From Acidobacteriota bacterium (GTDB taxonomy: Bacteria > Acidobacteriota > UBA6911 > RPQK01 > JAJDTT01), in the NCBI GenBank assembly GCA_965263035.1, contig OZ253580.1:3072001-3136000 (forward strand): a stretch of DNA of 64,000 nt. Direction: 5' to 3'. Below, one piece after another: positions 8,943 to 21,222 of the stretch. The notes under the pieces were generated by a model. It saw nothing but the letters and a program-made list of their open reading frames with translations, made no database searches and was not told the origin of the DNA. Position 1 is the stretch's first letter; every line of letters starts with the position of its first letter. The position numbers and the translations under genes were made by a program.

Positions 8943-9482
8943 TTACCGGTGCCCCGCCGCCAACAGTTCCTGGTAACTTCTGATGGTGCCGCCGCGGCTG
9001 CGTTGGAAGTCCAGGGCGCTCCGGCGGTCCTTGAACGCGACCAGGCCGGGCAGGCACCGGTCCCAGGCCAGAGTGTACTGGTGGCCGGATCCATCCTCCC
9101 GGGGCCGTTCCAGCGAGCAGCATTGGCGGATCGAGCTGTCTTCGACGTAGACGGCCTGCTCGGCGGGGAAGAGCTCTCCTGTGGCGACGTCTCCAATCCA
9201 CGCCTCTTTCACCCGCTGGCCGTTCAGCTCTTGGTAATGGAGCCCGCAACGAGGACAGCAGACATCGAGATCGTCTCCCCCGGAAAGTACGATTCGGTAG
9301 GTCGAGGCTCCATGCAGAGGTCTCTGGCAGACGGCGCAGATTCCGGACTCCAGCGTGTACAGGAAATAGGTGCTGCCGGCCAGCACCAGAAACGCCAGTA
9401 GGAGCGCGGTTCCTCGAAGCACCTTGGGGCCTCTTCCGGCCCGCCTGGCCGGAGCGTCGGGTGGCGGCCCATTTTTCTTCAT
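8943..9482 (-). CDS. membrane-anchored NosL-like Cys-rich protein
   Basis: TM, then CAVC, CCPRC and A-VYVE..LVAF....A.DF....GG as in the NosL/MerB fold. Confidence 0.6.
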   Translation of the reverse strand: MKKNGPPPDAPARRAGRGPKVLRGTALLLAFLVLAGSTYFLYTLESGICAVCQRPLHGASTYRIVLSGGDDLDVCCPRCGLHYQELNGQRVKEAWIGDVATGELFPAEQAVYVEDSSIRQCCSLERPREDGSGHQYTLAWDRCLPGLVAFKDRRSALDFQRSRGGTIRSYQELLAAGHR

Positions 9483-9521
9483 GACACAGTCACCCTGGGG
9501 GCCGGTCCACGCTTGCAAAGA

Positions 9522-10202
9522 CTACGGCATCTCACGGCGAAGTTTCTCATAGTATGCCTGATCCAGAGGCTCCTTGAGCTGAAAGCGAAAGACCCGCATC
9601 TTGTCGAAGTTGCGGCGGTTCTCTTCGAAGGTCCGGATCTCCAGCTCGTACCGTTGCGAGGACCAGACGTTGGCCACGTCCCGATCCTTTCTCCATTTCC
9701 TCGAATCCGACGAGTCCTCGCTGTCGTAGACGATGTACTCCGGTCCGAAATAGAGCGTGCCTTCGCAGCCTCCGAGAGTGTGCTTGTGCTTGGCCGGGAC
9801 CCGGTACTCGGCGTGAATCGGATCGGTCACGCGATCGGTCACCGGTTTCTTCAGCTTGCCGGAGATGAGCGACAGTGTCCGGTCGGAAAATGTCTGATCA
9901 GGAGACAGCAGCTCGAAGTCGAAAACCTTGTCCTGGCCCAGGCGGAGCTTCTGGTCTTCGTAGGTGAGCACGCTCAGGCGGGACGGCGACTTTCGGTCCA
10001 CGCTCTGGATGTCCTGCCAGACCCATTTCCGGTTGTGGCCCATCTTTTTCGGCGACCGGTATTCGATCCCCTCCCGGTCGATGATCAATTCTCCCTCGCA
10101 CTTGCCCCAGGGATCGTGGTCGTGCCTGACCCGCATCGAATTTCCCCAGGCCCCGGTGGCGAAACAGAGTAGTGTCAGGAGAGCGAACGGACTTTGCTTC
10201 AT
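9522..10202 (-). CDS. secreted hypothetical protein with two repeated HxH...CEG domains
   Basis: Signal peptide MKQSPFALLTLL; ATGA overlap with the cusA stop; internal duplication. Confidence 0.75.
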   Translation of the reverse strand: MKQSPFALLTLLCFATGAWGNSMRVRHDHDPWGKCEGELIIDREGIEYRSPKKMGHNRKWVWQDIQSVDRKSPSRLSVLTYEDQKLRLGQDKVFDFELLSPDQTFSDRTLSLISGKLKKPVTDRVTDPIHAEYRVPAKHKHTLGGCEGTLYFGPEYIVYDSEDSSDSRKWRKDRDVANVWSSQRYELEIRTFEENRRNFDKMRVFRFQLKEPLDQAYYEKLRREMP

Positions 10203-13200
10203 TTCAGGTTCCAACCCTTCCAGATGTAGTAGATGACGGGGTAGACACAGAGTTCCAGGAGGACGGAAGTCGTCACCCCGCCGACCATGGGTGCGGCGAT
10301 TCTCTTCATGACGTCCGCGCCGGCTCCATGGCTCCACATGATGGGAATGAGACCCGCCAGGATGATGCAGGCCGTCATCACCTTGGGGCGCACACGGTGG
10401 ACCGCGCCCTCGCGGATGCAACCGGTCAGATCCGAAAGCCGCTGCATACGACCCTCCCGGACGGCCTTCCCGTAGGCCACGTTCAGGTAGAGTAGCATCA
10501 CCACGCCGGTTTCCGCATCCAGTCCCATCAGGGCGATGATGCCGACCCAGACCGCAACGCTCATGTTGTAGTCGAGCAGGTAGAGGAGCCAGAACGCACC
10601 CACCAGGGAGAAGGGGACCGCCAGAAACACGATGGCCGTCTCGAAGACGGAGCGCGTGTTCAGGTAGATGATGACGAAGACGATCAACAGGGTCATGGGG
10701 ACCACGGCCATGAGGTGCTGCCGGGTCCGCACCATGTGTTCGTACTGACCGCTCCAGACCACGTTGTATCCGTCAGGAACCTCGACTTGGCCCGCGACGG
10801 CCTGGCGGGCCATCTTCACGTAGCTCCCCACGTCGATGTCCGCCAGGTCGACGTAGATCCAGGCGTTGGGACGGGAGTTCTCCGTCTTGATGGCAGTCGG
10901 CCCCTTGCGAATCCGGATGGAGGCAAGCTCGCCCATGGGGATCTGCGGCCCGAGTGGCGTGGGGACCAGGATCTCCCGGAGGGCGGGAAGGTTGTCCCGG
11001 AGTTCCCGGCTGTAGCGTAGATTCACCGGATAGCGTTCCAGACCCTCGACGGTGGTGGTGATGTTCATTCCGCCGATGGCCGACTGGATCACATCCTGAA
11101 CGTCGCCCACGGTGAGCCCGTAGCGGGCAATGGCGTCCCGCCGGATGTCGAAGTCCAGGTAGTTGCCCTCCATGACCCGCTCCGAGTAGACGGAGAGGGT
11201 GCCGGGCAGGTGGCGGACCACCGCCTCGATCTCCTGCCCCAGGTTCTGGAGCACGGAAAGGTCCGGTCCCGACAACTTGATCCCGACCGGTGTCTTGATT
11301 CCGGTGGAGAGCATGGCGATCCGGGTCTTGATGGGCATGGTCCAGGTGTTGGTGAGCCCGGGGAACTGAATCGCCTGGTTCAACTCGTCGATGAGAGCGT
11401 CCGGGGTCATGCCGGGGCGCCACTCGGACTCGGGTTTGAGCATGATGGTGGTCTCGATCATGCTCAGGGGGGCAGGGTCGGTAGCCGTGTCGGCTCGACC
11501 GATCTTCCCGAAGACGCGGTCGACCTCAGGGAAGGACGCGATGATCTTGTCTGTCCGCTGCAGGATCTCTCTGGCCTTGGTGGTGGAGATTCCGGGAAGG
11601 GTGGTCGGCATGTAGAGCAGGTCGCCTTCGTAGAGGGGCGGCATGAACTCGGAGCCCAGGCGGGAGTAGGGAAACCAGGTCAACCCCAAGGCCCCGGCGG
11701 TGAGGAGCAGGACCGTCCATTTCCACCTCAGCAGGAGACGGAGCACCGGGTCGTAGATTCGGATCAGGATACGGCTGAGGGGATTCTTTTTCTCGGAACG
11801 GATCCGGCCCCGAATCCAGTAACCCATGAGGACCGGTACCAGAGTGATCGCCAGAATCGAAGCCGCCGCCATGGACCAGGTCTTGGTGAAGGCCAACGGC
11901 TTGAAGAGCCTCCCTTCCTGGGCCTCCAGCGTGAAGACGGGAATGAAGGAGACGGTGATGACCAGCATGGCGAAGAAGAGGGTGGGGCCGACCTCCTTGG
12001 AGGCGTCGGCGATGATCTCCCAGTGGTCCTTGCTGCCACGATCCGCCTCCAGGTGCTTGTGGGCGTTCTCGATCATGATGACGGCGCCGTCGACCATGGC
12101 CCCGATGGCGATGGCAATGCCCCCCAGAGACATGATGTTGGCGTCGATCCCCTGCCGCTCCATGACGATGAAGGAGATCAGGACTGCCACCGGCAAGGTG
12201 ATGATGGCCACCAGCGAGGAGCGCAAATGGAGTAGAAACAGGATGCACACCAGGGCGACCGCCAGTCCCTCTTCCAGGAGTTTCTTCCCCAGTGTCTTCA
12301 CCGCCCGTTCGATCAGGGCCGACCGGTCGTAGACGGTCAGGATCTCGACGTCCTCGGGCAGACCCTGCCGCAGCTCTTCCAACTTCTCCTTGATTCGTCG
12401 AATGACCTGGTGGGTATTGGCCCCGGATCGCACCACGACGATTCCGCCGACCACTTCTCCCTCGCCGTTGAATTCGGCTATCCCCCGCCGCATTTCGGGT
12501 CCCATCTGGACCGTGGCCACGTCTCTCAGGAGAATCGGCGTTCCGGTCGGTGACACCGCCAGCGCAATCTCCCGGAGGTCCGCCACGTCCCGGATATATC
12601 CGCGGCCGCGGATCATGAACTCGGTTTCCGACATCTCCAGGACCCGCCCCCCCACTTCGCTGTTGCTCCGCTGGACGGCTTGGCGAATCCTGGAGATGGG
12701 AATGTCGTAGGCCCGGAGCTTGTTGGGATCCACGGTGATCTGGTACTGCTTGACGAAGCCGCCGACGCCCGCCACTTCCGATACGCCGTCGACCGAGGTG
12801 AGCTCGTACTTGAGGAACCAGTCCTGGATGCTGCGAAGGTCGGCCAGATTTCTCCGGTCCGACTTGAGGACGTACATGAAGGCCCAGCCGACGCCGCTGG
12901 CGTCCGGGCCCAGGGTGGGGCTCACTCCTTCGGGAAGACGGGTGCTGACGTAGTTCAGGGACTCCAGCACCCGGCTTCGGGCCCAGTACATGTCCGTCCC
13001 GTCTTCGAAGATGACGTAGACGAAGGAATAACCGAAGAAAGAGTACCCACGCACGGCCTTCGAATAGGGCACGGAGAGCATCTGGGTGGTGATGGGGTAG
13101 GTCAACTGGTCTTCCACCACCTGCGGGGCTTGGCCCGGATACTCGGTGTAGATGATCACCTGGACGTCGGAGAGGTCCGGAATGGCGTCCAGAGCCGTCC

Positions 13201-13297
13201 TCCGTAAGGAATATAGTCCGGCCAGGATGACGAATCCGGTGGCCAGGATGACCAGGAGGCGGTTTTCCAGGGACCAGTCGATGATTTTCCCAAGCAT
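10199..13297 (-). CDS. cusA: CusA-type heavy-metal RND efflux permease
   Basis: LDAIPDLSDVQV; Met sites LYMPTT, APLSMIET, RIAMLSTG; HRVRPKVMT. Confidence 0.95.
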   Translation of the reverse strand: MLGKIIDWSLENRLLVILATGFVILAGLYSLRRTALDAIPDLSDVQVIIYTEYPGQAPQVVEDQLTYPITTQMLSVPYSKAVRGYSFFGYSFVYVIFEDGTDMYWARSRVLESLNYVSTRLPEGVSPTLGPDASGVGWAFMYVLKSDRRNLADLRSIQDWFLKYELTSVDGVSEVAGVGGFVKQYQITVDPNKLRAYDIPISRIRQAVQRSNSEVGGRVLEMSETEFMIRGRGYIRDVADLREIALAVSPTGTPILLRDVATVQMGPEMRRGIAEFNGEGEVVGGIVVVRSGANTHQVIRRIKEKLEELRQGLPEDVEILTVYDRSALIERAVKTLGKKLLEEGLAVALVCILFLLHLRSSLVAIITLPVAVLISFIVMERQGIDANIMSLGGIAIAIGAMVDGAVIMIENAHKHLEADRGSKDHWEIIADASKEVGPTLFFAMLVITVSFIPVFTLEAQEGRLFKPLAFTKTWSMAAASILAITLVPVLMGYWIRGRIRSEKKNPLSRILIRIYDPVLRLLLRWKWTVLLLTAGALGLTWFPYSRLGSEFMPPLYEGDLLYMPTTLPGISTTKAREILQRTDKIIASFPEVDRVFGKIGRADTATDPAPLSMIETTIMLKPESEWRPGMTPDALIDELNQAIQFPGLTNTWTMPIKTRIAMLSTGIKTPVGIKLSGPDLSVLQNLGQEIEAVVRHLPGTLSVYSERVMEGNYLDFDIRRDAIARYGLTVGDVQDVIQSAIGGMNITTTVEGLERYPVNLRYSRELRDNLPALREILVPTPLGPQIPMGELASIRIRKGPTAIKTENSRPNAWIYVDLADIDVGSYVKMARQAVAGQVEVPDGYNVVWSGQYEHMVRTRQHLMAVVPMTLLIVFVIIYLNTRSVFETAIVFLAVPFSLVGAFWLLYLLDYNMSVAVWVGIIALMGLDAETGVVMLLYLNVAYGKAVREGRMQRLSDLTGCIREGAVHRVRPKVMTACIILAGLIPIMWSHGAGADVMKRIAAPMVGGVTTSVLLELCVYPVIYYIWKGWNLK

Positions 13298-13323
13298 TTC
13301 TCAGATCACCGTGGGTTGGACCT

Positions 13324-14829
13324 TCAGTGCTGATGATGCATGGAGGATCCCGTGTCCCCCGTGGCGCCCGTGGAGTTCGGAGAGACGATTTTCCGAATGG
13401 CCTCCTTCAGGCGGCTCTCCGAATCGATGAGGAATTGGGAAGAGATCACGACCCGATCACCCTCGGACAGACCCTTCCTCACTTCCCAGAATCCATTGCC
13501 GTTTCTGCCCAGCACCACCTCCCGGACCTGGAAGGCTCCATTTCCCAGATCCAGGACCACCAGGTTCCGGCGGCCGCTGTGGATCACCGAGTCCTCGGGC
13601 ACCGCCAGTGCGCCGCGGACCGATGACACGTCGAAGGTGACGTTGGCGTACATGTCTGCGCGAAGGCTCGGATCGGGATCCACCAACTCCACCGACACCT
13701 TGAGAGTCCGGGTCCGGCCGCTGAAGGCGGGGGACAGGAACCGGACGGCGCCGCGAAATTTTCGTCCCGGTTGGGTAGGAATCTCGATGGAGGCGGTCTG
13801 TCCGGTCTGCAGCCAGGGAATCTGATGCTCGTAAACCTCCGCCTCCACCCAGAGGCTGGAAGGATCGGCGATCTTGTAGAGGTTCATTCCGGGACGGACT
13901 CTCATCCCCTCCAACGCCTTGTCCATTTTCTCCACCACGACTCCGCTGACCGGCGAGACCAGGGTGACGGTGTGCCGGGGCTCACGGGACTCTTCCAACT
14001 GGCGGATCTGGTCCGAATCGACGTCCCAGTGATCCAGCCGGCGCCGGCTGGAATCCACCAGTGATCGGGCCCGCTCGGCGACCTCGGGGTACTGGTTTCC
14101 GCTGAGCCGCGCAGCGTATTCCATGGCCTGCAGATACTCCTGCTGACTGGTCACCAGTTCGGGGCTGTAGATCTCCAGAAGCTTCTGGCCTCTCTCGACC
14201 GCCTCACCCACGTAGTTGACGTGGGCCTTCTCGATCCAACCGTCGTATTTGGTGTTGATCCAGGCCATCTTCGCTTCGTCGTAAACCAGGTTTCCCACGG
14301 TTCGGATGGTGAACGAGAGATCGGCCCGCCGAACTGCGACCCACTGCACGCCGAAGCTCTGGACGAAAGACGGGTCGATTCGAACGACGTCCCGATGACG
14401 GATCCCGGATTCCGTTTCCGGAACTTCCGGCTGTCCGTTGTCTGCGGTGCGAGTCGCCGTTTCGCCGGACCCGCCGGCGTCGCCGCTGGAGCCATGCGAG
14501 AGTCGGGAATGGGACATGACATGGTCTGTCCCGGAGCCTTCCCGTTGGGTCTCAGCGCCCTCCCGGCCACCGGTCGATCCTTTCAACGGACTCAGGCGCA
14601 TCCCGCAGAGCGGACAGCTTCCCGGCCCTTGCCGGATCACCTGGGGATGCATGCCGCAGGTCCAGAGCTGTCCCTTTCGGGAATCCCGTTGGGGAGACAA
14701 AATGCTGAACCAGGAGGGGACTCCCGTCCGGATCCGATGGGTCAGGCGCCAATCGAATGGATCCACCAGGATCAGGGCGGTTGCCGCCAGAAGAAACAGC
14801 AAGACCGGTAGAACCCTTCTTTTCATCAA
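13324..14829 (-). CDS. cusB: CusB-type RND periplasmic adaptor with heavy-metal-binding domain
   Basis: WTCGMHPQV...CPLCGM, YSPELVTSQQEY, SQFLIDSES. Confidence 0.9.
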   Translation of the reverse strand: MMKRRVLPVLLFLLAATALILVDPFDWRLTHRIRTGVPSWFSILSPQRDSRKGQLWTCGMHPQVIRQGPGSCPLCGMRLSPLKGSTGGREGAETQREGSGTDHVMSHSRLSHGSSGDAGGSGETATRTADNGQPEVPETESGIRHRDVVRIDPSFVQSFGVQWVAVRRADLSFTIRTVGNLVYDEAKMAWINTKYDGWIEKAHVNYVGEAVERGQKLLEIYSPELVTSQQEYLQAMEYAARLSGNQYPEVAERARSLVDSSRRRLDHWDVDSDQIRQLEESREPRHTVTLVSPVSGVVVEKMDKALEGMRVRPGMNLYKIADPSSLWVEAEVYEHQIPWLQTGQTASIEIPTQPGRKFRGAVRFLSPAFSGRTRTLKVSVELVDPDPSLRADMYANVTFDVSSVRGALAVPEDSVIHSGRRNLVVLDLGNGAFQVREVVLGRNGNGFWEVRKGLSEGDRVVISSQFLIDSESRLKEAIRKIVSPNSTGATGDTGSSMHHQH

Positions 14830-16166
14830 TCTTCTCCCGGTCCGGGGTACCGTGTTCCGACGGCTCGCTCCATTGCCGCCAGGGCCTGCATATAGTCGGC
14901 CTGGTGGCGAGCCTGGAGCACGCGCGTTTCCAACAGGGACCGTTCGCTGTCCAAAAGCTCCAGGGCTCCCAACTGCGCGTTCCGGTATCCGGATTCGGCG
15001 GAACGGAGTGCCTCCCGGGTCTGGGGAATCAGGACCCGTTCAAACAGGTCCATCTGTCTCCACAGGGTCTGGATCCGAACCGCCGAGTCCCGGATGGAGA
15101 GTTGAATCCGGTTTCGCAGACTTCGATAGGTGCTGCGTTCGGCGATCAGGTTTTCCGCGGCCTCCATCACCTCCGCGCGGTATTTGTGCCTTTGGAGGGG
15201 AATGTTGATGCCCACCGAGAGGTTGTAGGCATTCTTGCCGCCGCCGGGACGAGGTGCCGGAAGCAAGTCCTGGGGCGGAAGACCCCCCACGTTGACGGTC
15301 CCCGCACTCAGTGTGAAATCCGGCCAGAAACTCTTCTTGGCCAGTTCCACGCCCTGCTCCGAAGCTTCGATCCGAGCCATGGTCCCCTTGAGTTCCTGCC
15401 GGTGAATCTTCCCCAGCTCGTACAATTCATCCAAGTTGATACTGACCTTCGTCGCAGCGGGAAGCAGGAGTCGAGGCACGGGTTTTTCCGGAGGCTGGTC
15501 CAGCAGGCTGTTCAGTCGTGCCGCCGCCGATTGGCGTTGTTGTCCCAGCAGCTCCAGCCGGCTCATGGTGCGGCTGATCTCGGCCTGGATCCGGATCACC
15601 TCCTGCTGGTGTCCCTTGCCCGAAGCGTAACGGGCCTGAGCCAGATCCTCGTAGTGATCCAGCAGGGATTGCTCCTCCCGTACGATTTCCAGGGCCCGGT
15701 CCAGATAGGCTACGTCGTAGAAGTTTCGCTTCACGCCGGCGGCGACTTCCCTTTCCCGGGCGCGGTAGAGCCGGTATCGGGCCGCCGCCCGTTTGAAGGC
15801 GATCTTGCCTTTCAGGTCCAGCTTTCCGAACCAGGGAAACTGCTGACTGAGCGTGAGCGTGCTCAGTTGAGGACCTTCCCGGGTTTCTACGCTGCGAAGG
15901 TAGCGGCCGAAGCTCACCATGGGATCGGGAAGAGCGGTCTGCTGGGGCACCTTCTGGAGAGCCGCACGGTAACGGGCCAGCCCGGTCAGGATGGAGGGGT
16001 TGGAGTCGAGGGCGGTGCGAATGTACTCACCCAGCAGCGGGTCCGGGATGTGGAAGGCTTGTCCCGGATCCGGCTGAGCTCCAATGGCTCCCGGGTGCCC
16101 TGCAAGGAGGAGGCAGAGTCCCGGCAAAACGGCCGTCAGGATTGGGGGCGTCGATCTTTTTCTCAT
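14826..16166 (-). CDS. TolC family outer membrane efflux protein
   Basis: Signal peptide, LPDPMV, QQFPWFGK, helical repeats; first gene of the RND operon. Confidence 0.9.
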   Translation of the reverse strand: MRKRSTPPILTAVLPGLCLLLAGHPGAIGAQPDPGQAFHIPDPLLGEYIRTALDSNPSILTGLARYRAALQKVPQQTALPDPMVSFGRYLRSVETREGPQLSTLTLSQQFPWFGKLDLKGKIAFKRAAARYRLYRAREREVAAGVKRNFYDVAYLDRALEIVREEQSLLDHYEDLAQARYASGKGHQQEVIRIQAEISRTMSRLELLGQQRQSAAARLNSLLDQPPEKPVPRLLLPAATKVSINLDELYELGKIHRQELKGTMARIEASEQGVELAKKSFWPDFTLSAGTVNVGGLPPQDLLPAPRPGGGKNAYNLSVGINIPLQRHKYRAEVMEAAENLIAERSTYRSLRNRIQLSIRDSAVRIQTLWRQMDLFERVLIPQTREALRSAESGYRNAQLGALELLDSERSLLETRVLQARHQADYMQALAAMERAVGTRYPGPGED

Positions 16167-16193
16167 CTTGGACCCGTCACGATCGTTTTCATA

Positions 16194-16210
16194 AGCAATT
16201 CCCGGACCAA
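16194..16210 (-). promoter_or_regulatory. sigma54 -24/-12 promoter of the TolC-cusBA operon
   Basis: Minus strand TTGGTCCGGGAATTGCT gives GG-N10-GC, 27 bp before the ATG. Confidence 0.8.
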
Positions 16211-16319
16211 CTGGACTCCCATTCCCGGCTGCTGGTCCTAAGTGTTTCGATATTCGTTAGTTAATGCCCCTTCGTCCGGAGAAGATCCGGACCTCGAGAG
16301 TTCTCCTCTTGTCCATAAA

Positions 16320-16374
16320 TGATTTATATAACTCACCTACTGGGTTATATGAATCAGGTGGGTTATTTGAGACA
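16320..16374. promoter_or_regulatory. three putative enhancer-binding-protein sites (UAS)
   Basis: TGATTTATATAACTCA (16320), TGGGTTATATGAATCA (16341), TGGGTTATTTGAGACA (16359); all TG-N12-CA. Confidence 0.65.
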
Positions 16375-16398
16375 CTTTCAGGATAGAATGTCACCAGG

Positions 16399-17783
16399 AT
16401 GAAATCCGAACGGATTCTGTTGGTCGACGACGACCGGAATTTCCTGCGGGTCCTGGGGTATCAGGTTCAGCAATTCGGGTACGACACCTGCTGCGTCTCT
16501 TCCGGAGTCCAAGCCTTGGATCGGATCCAAGAGTCCCCTATGGATCTGGTGGTCTCCGATCTTCGCATGCCGGGGATGGATGGTCTCCAGTTGCTGGAAC
16601 GAATCCGCCGGTTGGACCCGGACTTGCCCGTTATCGTGCTGACCGCCCATGGCTCCATCGAGCTGGCCGTCGACGCCGTCAAGAGCGGGGCTGCCGACTT
16701 CCTGACCAAGCCCTTCGAGCGGGAGGAGATCCGCCACTCCATACGGAAAGCGCTGAAGATGACGCGACTGATTCGGGAGAACCGGAGACTCTCCCGGGAG
16801 GTGCAGCGAAGATTCGAGTTCGGGGGGATCGTGGGATCTTCCAAGAAGTTCCAAGAGGTCCTGGACATGGCGCGCCAACTGGCGGCGGTGGCGACGACGG
16901 TCCTGATTCAGGGAGAGACCGGGACCGGAAAGGAACTTCTGGCGCGGGCCATCCATTACAACGGTCCGCGCCAGGAACGTCCCTTCGTTGTGGTCAACTG
17001 CGGGGCCATTCCGCGGGACCTGATGGAGTCTGAAATGTTCGGTCACCGGAAGGGAGCCTTCACCGGCGCCATCGCCGACAGGCGGGGAAAGTTCGCGGCG
17101 GCGGACACCGGGACTCTGTTCCTGGATGAAGTGGCGGAGCTCCCGCTGGATATGCAGGTGAAGCTGCTCCGGGTACTGCAGCACAAGGAAATGGATGTGA
17201 TCGGAGACCCTGTGCCCGCTCCCGTGGACGTCCGGATCCTGGCGGCCACGAATCAGGACCTGGGCCGGGCCCTGGTCGAGGGCCGCTTCCGGCAAGACCT
17301 TTTCTATCGGCTCTCGGTCGCACCCTTGAGGATCCCTCCCTTGCGGGAGCGCCGGGAAGACGTGCCGTTGCTGATCCATTATTTTCAGAGTGAGTTGGCT
17401 CGGAAGTTGGAAAAGGAAGTGCAGTTCGGGGAAGAGGCAGTCTCGACTCTGCAGTCTTACGGTTGGCCCGGAAACGTCCGGGAGTTGGAAAATGTCGTCG
17501 AGAGACTGATGCTCTTCAACCAGTCCGGGAGCGTCGAGCGCGAGGACCTGCCGGTCGAAATCCGCCGCCCTCCCGGGGATTCGGACGCCCGGATGTTCCG
17601 GCTCCCGGAGAGAGGCTTTTCACTACAGGAGTTGGAGCGTGACATCCTGCGGGCGGCTCTGGAGCGAAACCGCTGGAATCAGGTTCGTACCGCGCGTTAC
17701 CTGGGGATGACGAGAAACACTCTGATCTACCGGATGCGGAAGTTCGGACTCAAAAAGGTCAGGGTCGAGGAACGACTTTCGTC

Positions 17784-17787
<4 letters not shown>
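16399..17787 (+). CDS. sigma54-dependent response regulator (NtrC/ZraR family)
   Basis: REC domain (LLVDDD, SDLRMP), GETGTGKE, GAFTGA, WPGNVRELEN, Fis-type HTH. Confidence 0.96.
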
Positions 17788-18868
<1,081 letters not shown>

Positions 18869-18872
<4 letters not shown>

Positions 18873-21190
18873 ACCCCGCGTCCGAAAAGCGCGAGATCGA
18901 TCCGGTTTGCGGGATGACGGTGACTCCCGGAGCCGACACCGACACCGTCACCCACCGGGGAACGACGTACTACTTTTGCTGCTCACACTGCGCCGATTTG
19001 TTCCGGTCCAATCCGGAACTCGCCCTTGCGCACCAGGGAGGTGACCCTCCCGAGACGCAGGTACACGACCATGGGCACGCCTTCGCTTACGTCTGCCCCA
19101 TGTGTCCCGGCGTCGAATCGCCGACACCAGGATCGTGTCCCTCATGTGGCATGGCATTGCAGCCGTACAACGCGGCGGCAGGAGACGACGACGAAGAATT
19201 GCGGGAAATGACCCGGCGATTCCGCTGGAGTCTCGGTTTCACCGTGCCCCTTTTTCTGCTGTCCATGTTGGATATGGCGCCGGGGCGTCCGGTCTCCGGG
19301 ACCTTGACTCCGACGCTCCGCCAGTGGATCGAGCTGCTGCTGGCCACGCCCGTGGTGATCTGGGGAGGGTTCCCCTTCTGGCAGAGAGCCTGGGCCTCCA
19401 TTGTCAATCGCAGCCTCAACATGTTCACGCTGATTGCACTGGGCACGGGCGCAGCCTATGTCTACAGCTTGGCGGCCGTCGGGTTTCCAAAATCTTTTCC
19501 GGATGCCTATCGGGACGGCCTCGGTCAGGTGGGCGTCTATTTCGAAGCCGCCGCCGTCATCACGACCCTGGTGCTTCTGGGGCAGGTCCTGGAGCTCAGG
19601 GCCGGGGCGCGGACCGGCAGCGCCATCCGGTCCCTGCTGGAGTTGTCGCCGCCCACCGCCCGGAAGATCGCCGCCGGAGGCGAAGAAGTGGTGCCTTTGG
19701 GGGACGTGCGGCCGGGCGATCGGCTGCGGGTGCGCCCGGGGGACAAGGTCCCGGTGGACGGCCGGGTGCTGGAGGGAGAGAGCAGCGTCGACGAGTCCAT
19801 GATCAGCGGCGAGCCCATCCCGGTCGTGAAACACCCGGGAGACCCCGTGACGGGCGGGACGGCGAACGGTTCCGGCACGCTCGTGATGGAGGCTCGCCGG
19901 GTCGGTGCCGAGACCCTTTTGGCCCGCATCGTCCGGATGGTCACCGAAGCCCAACGCTCCCGGGCGCCCGTCCACCGCCTGGTCGACCGCGTGGCGGCGT
20001 GGTTCGTACCCGGGGTCATTCTGGTGGCGGTGGCCGCGGCAGTGACGTGGGGACTGCTGGGGCCGGAACCCAGGTGGGCCAACGCGCTCGTCACGGCGGC
20101 GGCGGTATTGCTGATCGCGTGTCCCTGCGCACTTGGCCTGGCCACTCCCATGTCCATCATGGTGGGGGTGGGGGAGGGGGCCCGATCGGGGGTCCTGATT
20201 CGCGACGCCGAGTCGCTGGAAGTCCTGGAGCGCGTGGACACCCTGATGGTCGACAAGACGGGCACTCTCACCGAAGGGAGACCTCGGCTTCAGGCCGTGT
20301 TTCCGGCCACCGGTTGGAAACGTGAGGAGATTCTGAGACTCGCCGCCGGCGTCGAGCAGGGAAGTGAGCATCCCCTGGCGGGGGCGGTGGTTGATGGAGC
20401 GAGGCGGGAGGGGCTGGAGTTACCTTCCCTGAAACGCTTCGATTCCGTGGCCGGACAGGGGGTCCGGGGAAACCTCGAGGACCGGGAGGTGGCAGTGGGC
20501 AACCGGCGTTTCCTGGCGGGTCTGTCCATCCGGGTGGGGGATCTGGACCGGCAGGCGGAGGAACTGCGCCGGCGCGGGCTGACGGCCTTCTTTGTGGCCG
20601 TCGACGGCCGGACCTGCGGCGTCCTGGGTCTGGGAGACCCGGTCAAGGCGTCCGCCCGGGAGACTCTGGCGCAGTTGAGGCTCCAGGGCCTCAGGATCGT
20701 CATGCTCACCGGCGACGGCCGGACCACGGCCGACGCGGTGGCGAGTGAGCTGGGGATCGAGCAGGTCCGGTCGGAGATGTTGCCTGATCAGAAGGCGAAT
20801 CTGATTCATCGATACCAGGAGGAGGGCCGGATCGTGGCCATGGCGGGGGATGGCGTCAACGACGCCCCGGCCCTGGCCGTGGCCCAAGTCGGCATCGCCA
20901 TGGGCACCGGATCCGACATCGCCCTCAAGAGTGCGGGCGTGACCCTGTTGCAAGGAGACCTGAGCGGTATACTGCGCGCTCTCCGATTGAGCCGGGCGAC
21001 GCTGCGAAACATTCGCCAAAATCTGTTTTTTGCGTTTATTTACAACATTTTGGGTGTGCCGATAGCGGCCGGGGTCCTGTATCCCCTCTGGGGAATCACA
21101 CTGAACCCCATGCTGGCCGCCGCGGCCATGGCTCTCAGCTCTCTCTCGGTGATCGCCAACGCCTTGAGATTGCGGCGGGCTCGCATCTGA
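18869..21190 (+). CDS. copA: copper-translocating P1B-type ATPase
   Basis: YHS domain (DPVCGM), [20 protein letters not shown] and MALSS motifs. Confidence 0.93.
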
Positions 21191-21222
21191 TCGGCGCCAG
21201 GGGTGGCGGCGAGTGGAGTACA

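Noticed and set aside
16239-16252. IHF site between the UAS and the sigma54 promoter
   Set aside because: TAAGTGTTTCGATA is one base out of register with the consensus; plausible but not supportable.
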